From a virus (lineage: Duplodnaviria; Caudoviricetes), in the IMG/VR virus record IMGVR_UViG_3300044878_000142, positions 1 to 33,544 of that record: DNA of 33,544 nt; one strand, given 5' to 3'. The notes beneath the pieces are model-generated. The model was not told where the DNA came from and made no database searches. It saw nothing but the letters and a program-made list of their open reading frames with translations. The translations under genes were made by a program, and so were the position numbers. Below, in pieces: positions 1 to 8,324 of this stretch (position 1 is the first letter of the stretch; each line of letters starts with the position of its first letter).

Positions 1-127
1 ATCGATCTTCATTTCCAGATCGAGCTGAGTGGTAAAGCCGCTATCCGAAAGCGAGTGAGATACCTGACTGATAATCCAGTCGGTGCTGTCGATGATCGGC
101 TTAAACCCGATGACTGCCGCAGGCAGC
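1..127. repeat. 127-nt terminal duplication (copy 1), circular-contig overlap
   Basis: Positions 1-127 are identical to 33418-33544. Joining the ends gives an uninterrupted gene D reading frame with its stop codon. Confidence 0.97.
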
Positions 128-1116
128 TCAGGGAATAGGTCGGCCCGGCCATGGGCCAGGGTAATACTGAACGAGGCTACCCCACGTTGCAGTTTATCGA
201 ATGCAGCCTTGGCGCCACGGATGGCAGTTGCTTCACTCGCATAAGTGTGCCGCAACACTTTGGTGTTTTCCGCGCTCGGCTTGACGGGATCTTTCCTTTC
301 AACGCCGAGCTTTTCCCGCTTCCCTGTCTTCCCTGACTTAACCTTCTTGATCACGGTTTTGGCATCTACCAGCACCTCGCCTTTTTTGGCGGACGCGGTG
401 TTCTGCCAGTAGGCCAGCACGGCGGTGAAGTTGTTCCCGTCGGCCACATTGAACCTGTGTTGATCGCCTTTCGATCGAACGATGGTTACGGCTCCAAGTG
501 GCAGGCCGCTGGCGCTTTTGGCTTCTCCCGCCTTGATGAACATCAAGCGGTCATGCTTCACCGTTGCGATGGCATCGAACTGCTCTGCGAGCCTTGTCAG
601 CAAGTTTGCGTCTGACTCACTCGTCTGATCGATGTGGTCGACTATCTCGTCGGCAAACGTCTTGGCGATCTCTGCGGTGAGCCTGTTCTGGCTCGCGATC
701 GCCGTCACAATGTCCGACACCTTCTTGCCGTGAAAGCTGCGCTCGCGCTTTGTGGTCAATCCCGCGCGCAAGTCCGCGCTCCGAGCCCGGATGATCAGCT
801 TGTCGGGGCTCCCACTGTGTTCGACTTCGTCGACGGTGTAGGTGCCCTTGTCGACCAGACCCTCATGTTTCCAGCCCAAGGCGAGAGACAGTTTTGCTCC
901 GCGCGGTGGCAGGTCTAAAAGCCCATCGCTGTCGTCCAGGGTGATATCGAGCTGATCCGCGTCAAACCCGCGATTGTCCGTCAGGGTCAGCGATTCCAGG
1001 CGCCCTTGGAGAGTGCTGGTGATGTCCTTCCCTCCCACCACGGCGATGCGATAGTCAGGTGTTGGGTGGATCTCTTCCCTCGCATATTGCCGATAGTCTT
1101 GAACGAATGAATTCAC
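1..1116 (-). CDS. D: P2 gpD-like late control/tail hub protein (372 aa; stop TGA lies across the junction at 33415-33417)
   Basis: Missing from the ORF track because it runs off the edge. Manual translation from GTG at 1116 (GTGA overlap with the gpU stop) gives ...HPTPDYRIAVVGGKDITSTLQGRLESLTLTDNRGFDADQLDITLDDSDG...HIDQTSESDANLLTRLA...LDLEMKID. Position after U matches P2. Confidence 0.93.
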   Translation of the reverse strand, partial: MNSFVQDYRQYAREEIHPTPDYRIAVVGGKDITSTLQGRLESLTLTDNRGFDADQLDITLDDSDGLLDLPPRGAKLSLALGWKHEGLVDKGTYTVDEVEHSGSPDKLIIRARSADLRAGLTTKRERSFHGKKVSDIVTAIASQNRLTAEIAKTFADEIVDHIDQTSESDANLLTRLAEQFDAIATVKHDRLMFIKAGEAKSASGLPLGAVTIVRSKGDQHRFNVADGNNFTAVLAYWQNTASAKKGEVLVDAKTVIKKVKSGKTGKREKLGVERKDPVKPSAENTKVLRHTYASEATAIRGAKAAFDKLQRGVASFSITLAHGRADLFPELPAAVIGFKPIIDSTDWIISQVSHSLSDSGFTTQLDLEMKID

Positions 1117-1547
1117 GTCATGCTCCCTTGTGGACGGTTGACTCGCCCGACGCGATCGATCTTGTCATCATCGACACGCTTGAGGCTGAGGTTGAATTCG
1201 ATCCGCCGCGGTGCCCCATCTTCAAAGAAATAGCTCTTCGTCTCGCTCAAGCTTTCGATGATGAACAGCCCGTGGATGCGTCCGTCACTGCCGTCAATCA
1301 GCGGCCATGACGAACCCTGATCACCCATCTCGCGAATTAGGTCGAGGCTGATGCGGCCTCCTGTCAGCTCCGGCAACAGTACGCCGCTGACGGTGATGCT
1401 TTCGTCATCAGGCCCGAGAAACTGACGTGCCGGACGCGCGCCGACCCGGCTAGTCGTCGGGTGCCGCCAGCCGAATTGATGCTGCAGTTCCTGATAAGGA
1501 AGGCTCGACAGACTGAAGGTAAATTGCCCGAGGGCCATCATCGACAT
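1113..1547 (-). CDS. U: P2 gpU-like tail protein
   Basis: MMALGQFTFSL...RVGARPARQFLGPDDESITVSGVL, typical of gpU; lies between the tape measure gene and D. Confidence 0.93.
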   Translation of the reverse strand: MSMMALGQFTFSLSSLPYQELQHQFGWRHPTTSRVGARPARQFLGPDDESITVSGVLLPELTGGRISLDLIREMGDQGSSWPLIDGSDGRIHGLFIIESLSETKSYFFEDGAPRRIEFNLSLKRVDDDKIDRVGRVNRPQGSMT

Positions 1548-1559
1548 TTGCAGGGTTCC

Positions 1560-4286
1560 TTAATCTTTGTCGCCAAGGCGCGAGCGGCCACGGACTGCTT
1601 TCTGCCGCTCCAGATTGGCGACCTCCGCCGCGACCAGCTTGGCGAGCATTTGCTCGTCCATTCCCGCTGATGGATGAACGTTGATGATGATCTGGCCGCC
1701 GCCCGATTGCGCTGCACCAGCTGCACCCGCTGCGGCAGGGGATGAGATAGGCGGTCGGCTATCGATAGGAATTGAACGTGCTATAGGCGATTGGCTGTCG
1801 ATTGGGATCGGCCCTGCCAATGCCGACCCAGCACCAATAGCGATGCCTGCCCCGACTGCGGTGAGCTGCTTGGCGAAGCTGGTGACGGTTGATAATGGCC
1901 CTGTCTGGTTCTCGGCCAAGCCTTGGTTAAGCCCGGCCATGGTGAAGCCGCCGAGTTCAGCGAACACCCGGCTCGGGCTGTGGATGCCGAGCTTTTCTTT
2001 GAACCAGTCGATCGTTGCACCGCCTGCCCCGGTGATTGCGTCTTTGACCGCTCCCAAGCTACCGGTGATGCCGTTGACCATGCCTTGCATGATCTGCGAG
2101 CCCAGGGTCATAAACTTGGCAGGCAGCGCACCCATCCACGCCATGATTTGATCCCAGTGGCCGTAGATCAGGCCGGGGAGCGTCCAGTTCATAAAGAAGC
2201 TGGCCAGAGCCTGCCCGACGCCCATCACTATGGATTTCAACCCTTCCCAGGCGGCGGCTGCACCGGCCTTGATTCCTGCCCACAACGCCGCGAACTTTGG
2301 CCCCAATGTGTCCCAGTTCGACCATACGTACACCGCAGCAGCGGCAATCAGAGCAACGATCGCGAGAATCGGGTTTGACATCATCGCCACGAACAGCAGA
2401 CGTAGGATGCCGATGAGCTTCATGATGCCGCCTCCCATTAAGCTCAGCGCGCCTTTGAGCAAGCCAGTGCCACCGGTGAAGACGCGCATCAGTGTCGAGG
2501 CTCCACCCAGCTTGGCGCCGAGCATGGCGAAGCCTGCGTTTGCAATCAGCATGGGGCCGAAGATGGTAGCCATGGCGAGCGTCAGTGCACCCAAGACGGT
2601 CAGAACGATGGCGATGACACCGGCAACTTTCATCAGAGCATTGGCAAGAACAGGGTTTTCCTTCGCCCAGTTTCCCAGCCCTTCGGAGACGTCCGTGATC
2701 CACTTCGTCAGAGCCTTCAGCTCGGGGGCGATCGCCTCACCGAAACGCACCAGCGCGTTGGTGAAGGTGCCGCTAGCTGCGTCCCATAGGTTCGCCAGCG
2801 TGCCGAGCTGGGCGTTTACCCGGTCTTGCATCGAAGCCTGGGCGTTCATCTTGCCCATCATTTCGTCGTAACCGGCCTGACCTTTGGTGATCAAGAGCGA
2901 CACAACCTGAGTCACTTCGGAATCGTCGCCGTAGAGGTCTTTGATCAGCTGGATACGGGTTTCAGTGCTGAGTCCTTTGAGCTTGTCCAGTTCCTTGAAC
3001 ATTTGCGGCAGACCACCAAACTCACCTTTCCCGTCGGTGAAGTTCAGCTTGAGATCGATCCCCTTAGTGGTCTTCAAATCGTTGAGGGTTTTGGTGATGG
3101 TCGCGGTGTCCATGCTCTTTTGGAACACTTTCCGGTAGGCGTTACCGGCACTGCCGCCATCCGTCATGCCCGCTTGGTTCGCCATCGCAAGCAACGGGGC
3201 GAGCGCCTTGGCGCCGTCCAACCCCTTCGCTTTGATGGTGTCCATGCCTGCGGAGAGCTTGCTGAAGCCTTGCAGCATCCAGTCCGGGTTTACCCCGGTG
3301 TAGTAGGTTCGTTGGATGACATCCATCAGCCCCATCATTTCCTTTTCGGTGGAGCGGGTAGCGTCCTGCAATTGAGCGGAGAACTCAGCCGCTTCCTCAA
3401 ACGGCATTTTGAGTTGTACCGCGAGCGAGCCAGTGGCTTCGCCCAGGCCTCCGAGGATCGACTGCGCTGACATACCTTGGCGGATGAGCATAGTCATCAT
3501 GTTCTGGAAGTCGGCGGTTGTGCCTGGCAGACGGTTGCCGAGGCTATTTGCTAACTCGCTGATCTTGTCGAACTCTGCCGAGACTTGGCCGCCGGACGTC
3601 ATCATCGCTACCTTGAGTTGAGTGGCCGCGTCTTCCGCACGGGCATACTCCTTTACGGGAACGAGTAAGGCTGCGCCCGTTGCGGCACCTGCTGCCGTCA
3701 TCCCAGCGCCTGCTCCGGCCATCTTATTTCGCGTGTCCATGCCCTTGTCGTACTGCGATTTGATGGCCTGCATGCGTTGCTGCTGTTTGCTCACCCTCGC
3801 AAGCTTCGTCGACTGTTGGGTGAGCACCCGATTGACTGATTCAACCTGCTCCTTGAGCTGGCGTTCGTGGCTGGAGAGTTGGTTGGTGCTGATGCCTGCC
3901 GCATCCAATGATGTCTTGGCCGCACGGGCTGCATCGATTCGTTTCGTGTTCGCGAGAGAAAGCTTTTCCACAGCGATCTCCGCACGCTGTAGCTGCCGTG
4001 CCATTTTCTCCGTGGGCGGCCCGGCAGCAGCGATAGAGCTGGATAGTTCTTTGACCTTCTGCCGAGCGGCAGCGAGCTTGTCACCGGTTTCCTTGGCTTC
4101 TCGGGTGAGGCTGCGGAATGCATCGATCCTGCCCTGTTGGTCGTTCAGCGCCTTGAGCTGATCGCGACTTTCCTTCACCGCTCGCGATAACCCTTTGCTG
4201 CCTTGCATGACGGCCTTCAGTGGCCGTGTGGCCCGATCGACCGCCTGCAAGATGACTTCCAGTTTCAGATTACGTATGCCGCTCAT
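1560..4286 (-). CDS. T: Tail tape measure protein
   Basis: About 908 aa, Ala/Gly-rich, with an N-terminal LKLEVILQAVDRATRP, hydrophobic segments and the KLGIHSPSRVF motif. ATG at 4286 overlaps the gpE' stop (ATGA). Confidence 0.93.
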   Translation of the reverse strand: MSGIRNLKLEVILQAVDRATRPLKAVMQGSKGLSRAVKESRDQLKALNDQQGRIDAFRSLTREAKETGDKLAAARQKVKELSSSIAAAGPPTEKMARQLQRAEIAVEKLSLANTKRIDAARAAKTSLDAAGISTNQLSSHERQLKEQVESVNRVLTQQSTKLARVSKQQQRMQAIKSQYDKGMDTRNKMAGAGAGMTAAGAATGAALLVPVKEYARAEDAATQLKVAMMTSGGQVSAEFDKISELANSLGNRLPGTTADFQNMMTMLIRQGMSAQSILGGLGEATGSLAVQLKMPFEEAAEFSAQLQDATRSTEKEMMGLMDVIQRTYYTGVNPDWMLQGFSKLSAGMDTIKAKGLDGAKALAPLLAMANQAGMTDGGSAGNAYRKVFQKSMDTATITKTLNDLKTTKGIDLKLNFTDGKGEFGGLPQMFKELDKLKGLSTETRIQLIKDLYGDDSEVTQVVSLLITKGQAGYDEMMGKMNAQASMQDRVNAQLGTLANLWDAASGTFTNALVRFGEAIAPELKALTKWITDVSEGLGNWAKENPVLANALMKVAGVIAIVLTVLGALTLAMATIFGPMLIANAGFAMLGAKLGGASTLMRVFTGGTGLLKGALSLMGGGIMKLIGILRLLFVAMMSNPILAIVALIAAAAVYVWSNWDTLGPKFAALWAGIKAGAAAAWEGLKSIVMGVGQALASFFMNWTLPGLIYGHWDQIMAWMGALPAKFMTLGSQIMQGMVNGITGSLGAVKDAITGAGGATIDWFKEKLGIHSPSRVFAELGGFTMAGLNQGLAENQTGPLSTVTSFAKQLTAVGAGIAIGAGSALAGPIPIDSQSPIARSIPIDSRPPISSPAAAGAAGAAQSGGGQIIINVHPSAGMDEQMLAKLVAAEVANLERQKAVRGRSRLGDKD

Positions 4287-4456
4287 TCGTCCGCTCCGCT
4301 TCGTTGCCGGGCGCGCTCGCGCCATTCCATCAGTTCACTAAGGCTCATTGCCGACATCGCCTCCGGTGTCCAGTGGAACACCGTGGCGATATCGGCCATC
4401 GGGTCTTCTACTCGGCGGGGGATTGATCCGGCTTGCTCGCCTTCGGCAACAAAAAA
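4283..4456 (-). CDS. E': gpE' extension of the tail assembly chaperone, reached by a -1 frameshift
   Basis: TTTTTTG slippery site at 4456-4450 in E. The -1 frame reads FVAEGEQAGSIPRRVEDPMADIATVFHWTPEAMSAMSLSELMEWRERARQRSGADE*, matching the P2 gpE' pattern. Confidence 0.88.
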   Translation of the reverse strand, partial: FFVAEGEQAGSIPRRVEDPMADIATVFHWTPEAMSAMSLSELMEWRERARQRSGADE

Positions 4457-4704
4457 TCAGCGACCTGCGAGCCAAGCTGAACAAGGTCGGCGGGATCCAT
4501 ACGTCCGACATCTTGCTCTGTGAGCGAAGGGGAGGTCAGGCGCGGCAGGATTTTGGTGAGGGACGTCACGTTCATTTGCAGCAGGTCGGTAAGCGCGATG
4601 CCGCGCAGTTCGCCCGACGACGGCTTGCGCAGGGTCAGCTCCGTGATGATTTGATCGCCGCGCTTGATCGGGGTGTCCAGGGTGACGGTTTGGTTCTGAG
4701 ACAT
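4408..4704 (-). CDS. E: Tail assembly chaperone gpE
   Basis: TVTLDTPIKRGDQIITELTLRKPSSGELRG...MDPADL; lies between the tube and tape measure genes. Confidence 0.92.
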   Translation of the reverse strand: MSQNQTVTLDTPIKRGDQIITELTLRKPSSGELRGIALTDLLQMNVTSLTKILPRLTSPSLTEQDVGRMDPADLVQLGSQVADFLLPKASKPDQSPAE

Positions 4705-4758
4705 GGGGTTTCTTCCTGAGTAGTGAAGGGCGGTCGCCGAGGCGACGACCGCGTTGGT

Positions 4759-5268
4759 TTAGCGACCGATGTTGCGGCGGTGTTGTTCGAGCCGATCCAC
4801 GCCGTTGACCTTGTAGATCATGTTGACCATGTCAATTTCGATGAGGGTAGCGCCGTTGACGGCGAGCTTGTAGTAGCTCAGCGTGGACTTGACCTTGAAC
4901 TCGGTGTCATCACCGGGCTTGGCGTTGCCCTGATCGACTTCAGTGTGACGGCCGCGACAGATGGCTTCGACAGCATCGGTATCGCCGGTATCGTCGCGCT
5001 GATAGCTGCCTGAGAAACGCAGCAGAACACCGCTGACGTTGGTAATGCCGAAGTCCTTGATGATCTGGTACATCAAGCCGCCGTAGCTGTGTTCCAGCTC
5101 GAGCTTTTCTACGCCCAGGTCGATGTCAACTTCGCCGGGCATGCCAGCGCCACGGTACGCCTCGGCTTTCATGGCGAGCTTTGGCAGTGTGATTTCGGTC
5201 GCCTGACCGAAGAACTCTTCACCGTTGTAGAAGACGTTGAAGTGTTTGAGCTTGCGGGGTAGGGACAT
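4759..5268 (-). CDS. FII: Major tail tube protein
   Basis: MSLPRKLKHFNVF...TLPKL...YRGAGMPG...EIDMVNMIYKVNGVDRLEQHRRNIG, the P2 FII pattern. Confidence 0.95.
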   Translation of the reverse strand: MSLPRKLKHFNVFYNGEEFFGQATEITLPKLAMKAEAYRGAGMPGEVDIDLGVEKLELEHSYGGLMYQIIKDFGITNVSGVLLRFSGSYQRDDTGDTDAVEAICRGRHTEVDQGNAKPGDDTEFKVKSTLSYYKLAVNGATLIEIDMVNMIYKVNGVDRLEQHRRNIGR

Positions 5269-5311
5269 AGCGAATTCCTTCTATGTCGGGCTGGATCACC
5301 AGCCCGCTCGA

Positions 5312-6484
5312 TTAGCCGTTGATGCGAGTTGCGAAGTCGACCAAGTAGCGATCAGTGATGCGTTGACGGAAGGACAGATCTTCCAGTGGCGGCACCGGGG
5401 TGTAGTCGTAGTCGAGGTACAACTTGCCGGACTTCAGCGAGTCCTTGGTGTTGATCTCTTCGTCGTACCAAGCCTCGCCGCCGATCAGATAAGTTCCGGT
5501 CAGTGACCGGAACTTCTCATTCAGGCCTTCGAGCATGTCCTTGACCAGCGATGGGTGAAGCGGCTGATCCACGGCCCACATATGCGCCTCAGCCATCGTG
5601 TCGGCCAGAACCTGGGCTGTGCGGGTGTAGTTCTCGAACTGAAACAACGGATCGTCAGAGCAGGTTCGGGAGCCCCAGAAGCGATAGCCGTTGTTCTGTA
5701 CCAGCGTGGTGACTTCGTTTTGGTTGAGGTAACCGGCATCGGTGTTCGGATCCTGAAGATCCCAGAACACGTCGCGGCTCATTCCGGTGACGCCGTTCAC
5801 GCCCACGTTGGAGAGGGTTTTGTGCCAGCCGGTTTCCTGATCGATCTTGGCGCGCAGGCCGAGGGCACGAGCAATGGCGAAGGCGGTGGCTTCTTGATTG
5901 AGCGCGGTGTCCCAGCTCACGAAGTCAGGCCAGATCGTCATCAACTCGCGCTGGCTGAAGTTGTCGCGATAGGCGACAGCCTCTTCCTTGGTCGCACAGC
6001 CGTGTGCCGAGACGTAGGCGAAGCCCCGAAGCTTTTGAGCAATAGAGGCAAGCTCGGACGCGACCGGTAGGCTATCGAGGCCAGGAACCCCGAGGATGCG
6101 CGGTTTCACTTTGAGCGTGTTCTGAGCGGTGAGCAGCGCTTTCATGCCAGTCAACTTGCCCGCCGGGGTGGTAGTGCCGATCAGGTTACTGGTCGTTTCT
6201 GCGTCGGTTGCGCCCTTCTTGGCACGAACGACGACGATGACCGGGTTGGTTTGATCTGCAATCGCGTCCAGGCTGGCAGCCAAAGTGCCCGTGATGCCTG
6301 CCTTGCCGATCGCCTGATTGATGTTCGTGATAAGCACCGGTCGATCTTCGGGGAAGAAGGCCGCGTCGGCATCTTCTGCGATGCAGGTCAAACCGATCAC
6401 GGCGGTGCTGACTGTTTGGATGGTGCGTGAGCCCTCGTTGATTTCGAGGACTCTCACGCCGTGGTGGTATTGGTCTGCTGCCAT
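5312..6484 (-). CDS. FI: Tail sheath protein
   Basis: YHHGVRVLEINEG, KPRILGVPGLD, GWHKTLSNV, GYRFWGSRTC and YDYTPVPPLE motifs. Start chosen at ATG 6484, downstream of the late-promoter dyad. Confidence 0.95.
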   Translation of the reverse strand: MAADQYHHGVRVLEINEGSRTIQTVSTAVIGLTCIAEDADAAFFPEDRPVLITNINQAIGKAGITGTLAASLDAIADQTNPVIVVVRAKKGATDAETTSNLIGTTTPAGKLTGMKALLTAQNTLKVKPRILGVPGLDSLPVASELASIAQKLRGFAYVSAHGCATKEEAVAYRDNFSQRELMTIWPDFVSWDTALNQEATAFAIARALGLRAKIDQETGWHKTLSNVGVNGVTGMSRDVFWDLQDPNTDAGYLNQNEVTTLVQNNGYRFWGSRTCSDDPLFQFENYTRTAQVLADTMAEAHMWAVDQPLHPSLVKDMLEGLNEKFRSLTGTYLIGGEAWYDEEINTKDSLKSGKLYLDYDYTPVPPLEDLSFRQRITDRYLVDFATRING

Positions 6485-6555
6485 TGTCTCTTTCTCCGGG
6501 GTAAGAGGGTTGCGGCCAAGGATGCCGCGCGCGCGATGGCGCGGCATCGCCCCGG

Positions 6556-6580
6556 TGTTGTGCCTTTAGGAGGCACAACA
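6556..6580. promoter_or_regulatory. Ogr-type late promoter activator site (pF)
   Basis: TTGTGC-N9-GCACAA dyad (6558-6578) about 75 nt upstream of FI; the same dyad occurs before V and between O and P. Confidence 0.8.
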
Positions 6581-6587
6581 ATTGCGC

Positions 6588-7385
6588 CTAGAAAAGCCCG
6601 CCGAAGACTTGCGGCTCCCAGTTCATGATCACCAACTCGCGGCTGGTTTTGGCGTCACCGCGTAAGTTATCCACCGAGTACTTGATGTCGAGACCTTCCA
6701 TATGGAGCCCGGCGAACGCTTCGCGAATGTCGGGGTGATCATTGATCGAAACCATCACCTTTCCTTTGCACTCCCGCATGAACTTCGCCAGGGCGAGATA
6801 GTTCTCGAAGCCGAACTCAACGCCATAGCCTTCGGTTTCCCAGTAGGGTGGGTCGCAGTAAAAGAAAGTGTGCGGGCGGTCGTAGCGGCGCATGACTTCC
6901 TGCCATTGAAGATTCTCGACGTAGGTGCCTGACAGCCGTAGGTGTGCGGCGCTCAAGTTTTCTTCGATACGGCAAAGGTTGATCGACGGTGCGGTGGTCG
7001 CCGTGCCGAACGTCTGCCCGCTGACCTTGCCACCGAAGGCGTGCTGCTGAAGGTAGAAAAAACGCGCAGCACGCTGGATGTCGGTGAGCGTTTCCACGTT
7101 GGTCATCTGCTGCCACTTGAAAATCTGGCGGCTACTGAGCGCCCATTTGAACTGGCGCACGAACTCTTCGAGGTGGTGCTGCACCACCCGATACAGGTTC
7201 ACCAGATCGCCGTTGATGTCGTTCAGCACTTCGGTTTGAGCAGGCATGGGGCGCAGGAAAAACAACGCACCCCCACCGGCAAAAACCTCGACGTAACATT
7301 CGTGAGGTGGGAAGAGTGGGATCAGCCGATCGGCGAGACGCCGTTTGCCACCGAGCCACGGGATGATAGGAGTTGCCGCGTGCAT
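6588..7385 (-). CDS. DNA adenine (N6) methyltransferase, Dam/D12 class
   Basis: PWLGGKRR, SAM-binding motif EVFAGGG, LNDIN, and catalytic DPPY. Confidence 0.93.
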   Translation of the reverse strand: MHAATPIIPWLGGKRRLADRLIPLFPPHECYVEVFAGGGALFFLRPMPAQTEVLNDINGDLVNLYRVVQHHLEEFVRQFKWALSSRQIFKWQQMTNVETLTDIQRAARFFYLQQHAFGGKVSGQTFGTATTAPSINLCRIEENLSAAHLRLSGTYVENLQWQEVMRRYDRPHTFFYCDPPYWETEGYGVEFGFENYLALAKFMRECKGKVMVSINDHPDIREAFAGLHMEGLDIKYSVDNLRGDAKTSRELVIMNWEPQVFGGLF

Positions 7386-7543
7386 GGTTCTTGCCTTTCA
7401 GTAGACGCTCGCGGGCGTTCGTGTGCGGGGCTCGTGGCCCTCAGTGAATTCAAGGTGCCGCAGCGTGGGCACTTGATGGTCAATTCGATGTAGCGGCCTG
7501 CGGCCAGTTTGCGGGCGCAATTGCCGCAGCGGATGTCTTCCAT
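7322..7543 (-). CDS. com: Mu Com-like zinc-finger translational regulator
   Basis: IRCGNCARKLA...IKCPRCGTLN (CxxC...CxxC); overlaps the start of the methyltransferase as com overlaps mom in Mu. Confidence 0.85.
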   Translation of the reverse strand: MEDIRCGNCARKLAAGRYIELTIKCPRCGTLNSLRATSPAHERPRASTERQEPCTRQLLSSRGSVANGVSPIG

Positions 7544-7569
7544 GTTGGGGTGAGCCCTTTATGCGATTG

Positions 7570-7695
7570 TGCTAAGGTGCCCGCGCCTTGACGTCAGGCA
7601 GGCGGCCTTGGCTTTGGCTCACTGGTTCGATCAGTGGTGTTGAAGCGGCTGGATGGGTGTTAGCGCATCCGTCCAGCCGCCGTCTCTTACTTTTT
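7570..7695 (+). ncRNA. Putative cis-antisense small RNA to the com-methyltransferase leader
   Basis: Extended -10 TGcTAAGGT at 7570-7578; hairpins at 7620-7636 and 7645-7680 (15-bp stem whose G-U pairs form only on the + strand); U-rich tail. Confidence 0.45.
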
Positions 7696-8306
7696 CAAAT
7701 TTGCTCTGTCAGCCATGGTAGGGCAGTGGGCCGGTGTTCAATCAACGGGAACTCTCCCGCTTCCGGCCAGTTGCGCAGATCGCGGCGGTACGCCTGAAGC
7801 TCGGTGTACTGCGCGGCCGTCAATGTAGGCTCCACACCTTCCTCCAGCTCGTCGCGATGGCGCGTCACGACACCATCCGTTTCAGACAGGCGCTGATCCC
7901 GCCAAACCCGCTCAACAGCGGCCAACTCCTCATCACCGGGCGGCGGTGGATCAACCAGCACTGGATAGCCATCACCATCCCAGGCAATAACCTTGCCTTC
8001 CGACTCCCCCGCCAGCAGCTCAGCATGGAACCCAGCAGAGATTTCTACCGCATCCTCAGGAATCAAGCAGTCCGGGTTAGTGACCTCCAGGGTGTCAGGA
8101 ATTGCGCTCATATCTGGAACATCGTGGATTGTTACTGGCTCATCACCCGTGTTCTCGATCAGCTCGCCGTCAACCCAAACAGACTCACCCTGCTGTACAA
8201 CGATATCCATCTTCGGCCTGATCCAAGCAGGATCTGTAATCATGGTCAGGCGGGCACCATGAATCTCGGTATTGTAAAAACCGCGAGTAGCTTTTGAAGC
8301 GAACAT
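7695..8306 (-). CDS. Tail fibre assembly chaperone
   Basis: GFYNTEIHG, IPEDAVEIS, ERVWRDQRLSETD and YRRDLRNWPE...RP motifs; directly follows the tail fibre gene. Confidence 0.85.
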   Translation of the reverse strand: MFASKATRGFYNTEIHGARLTMITDPAWIRPKMDIVVQQGESVWVDGELIENTGDEPVTIHDVPDMSAIPDTLEVTNPDCLIPEDAVEISAGFHAELLAGESEGKVIAWDGDGYPVLVDPPPPGDEELAAVERVWRDQRLSETDGVVTRHRDELEEGVEPTLTAAQYTELQAYRRDLRNWPEAGEFPLIEHRPTALPWLTEQI

Positions 8307-8324
8307 ATATTCCTCCTTAGTCTG

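Noticed and set aside
151-1310. Short plus-strand ORFs at the window start
   Set aside because: They are antisense to genes D and U; the ORF track missed D because it crosses the edge.
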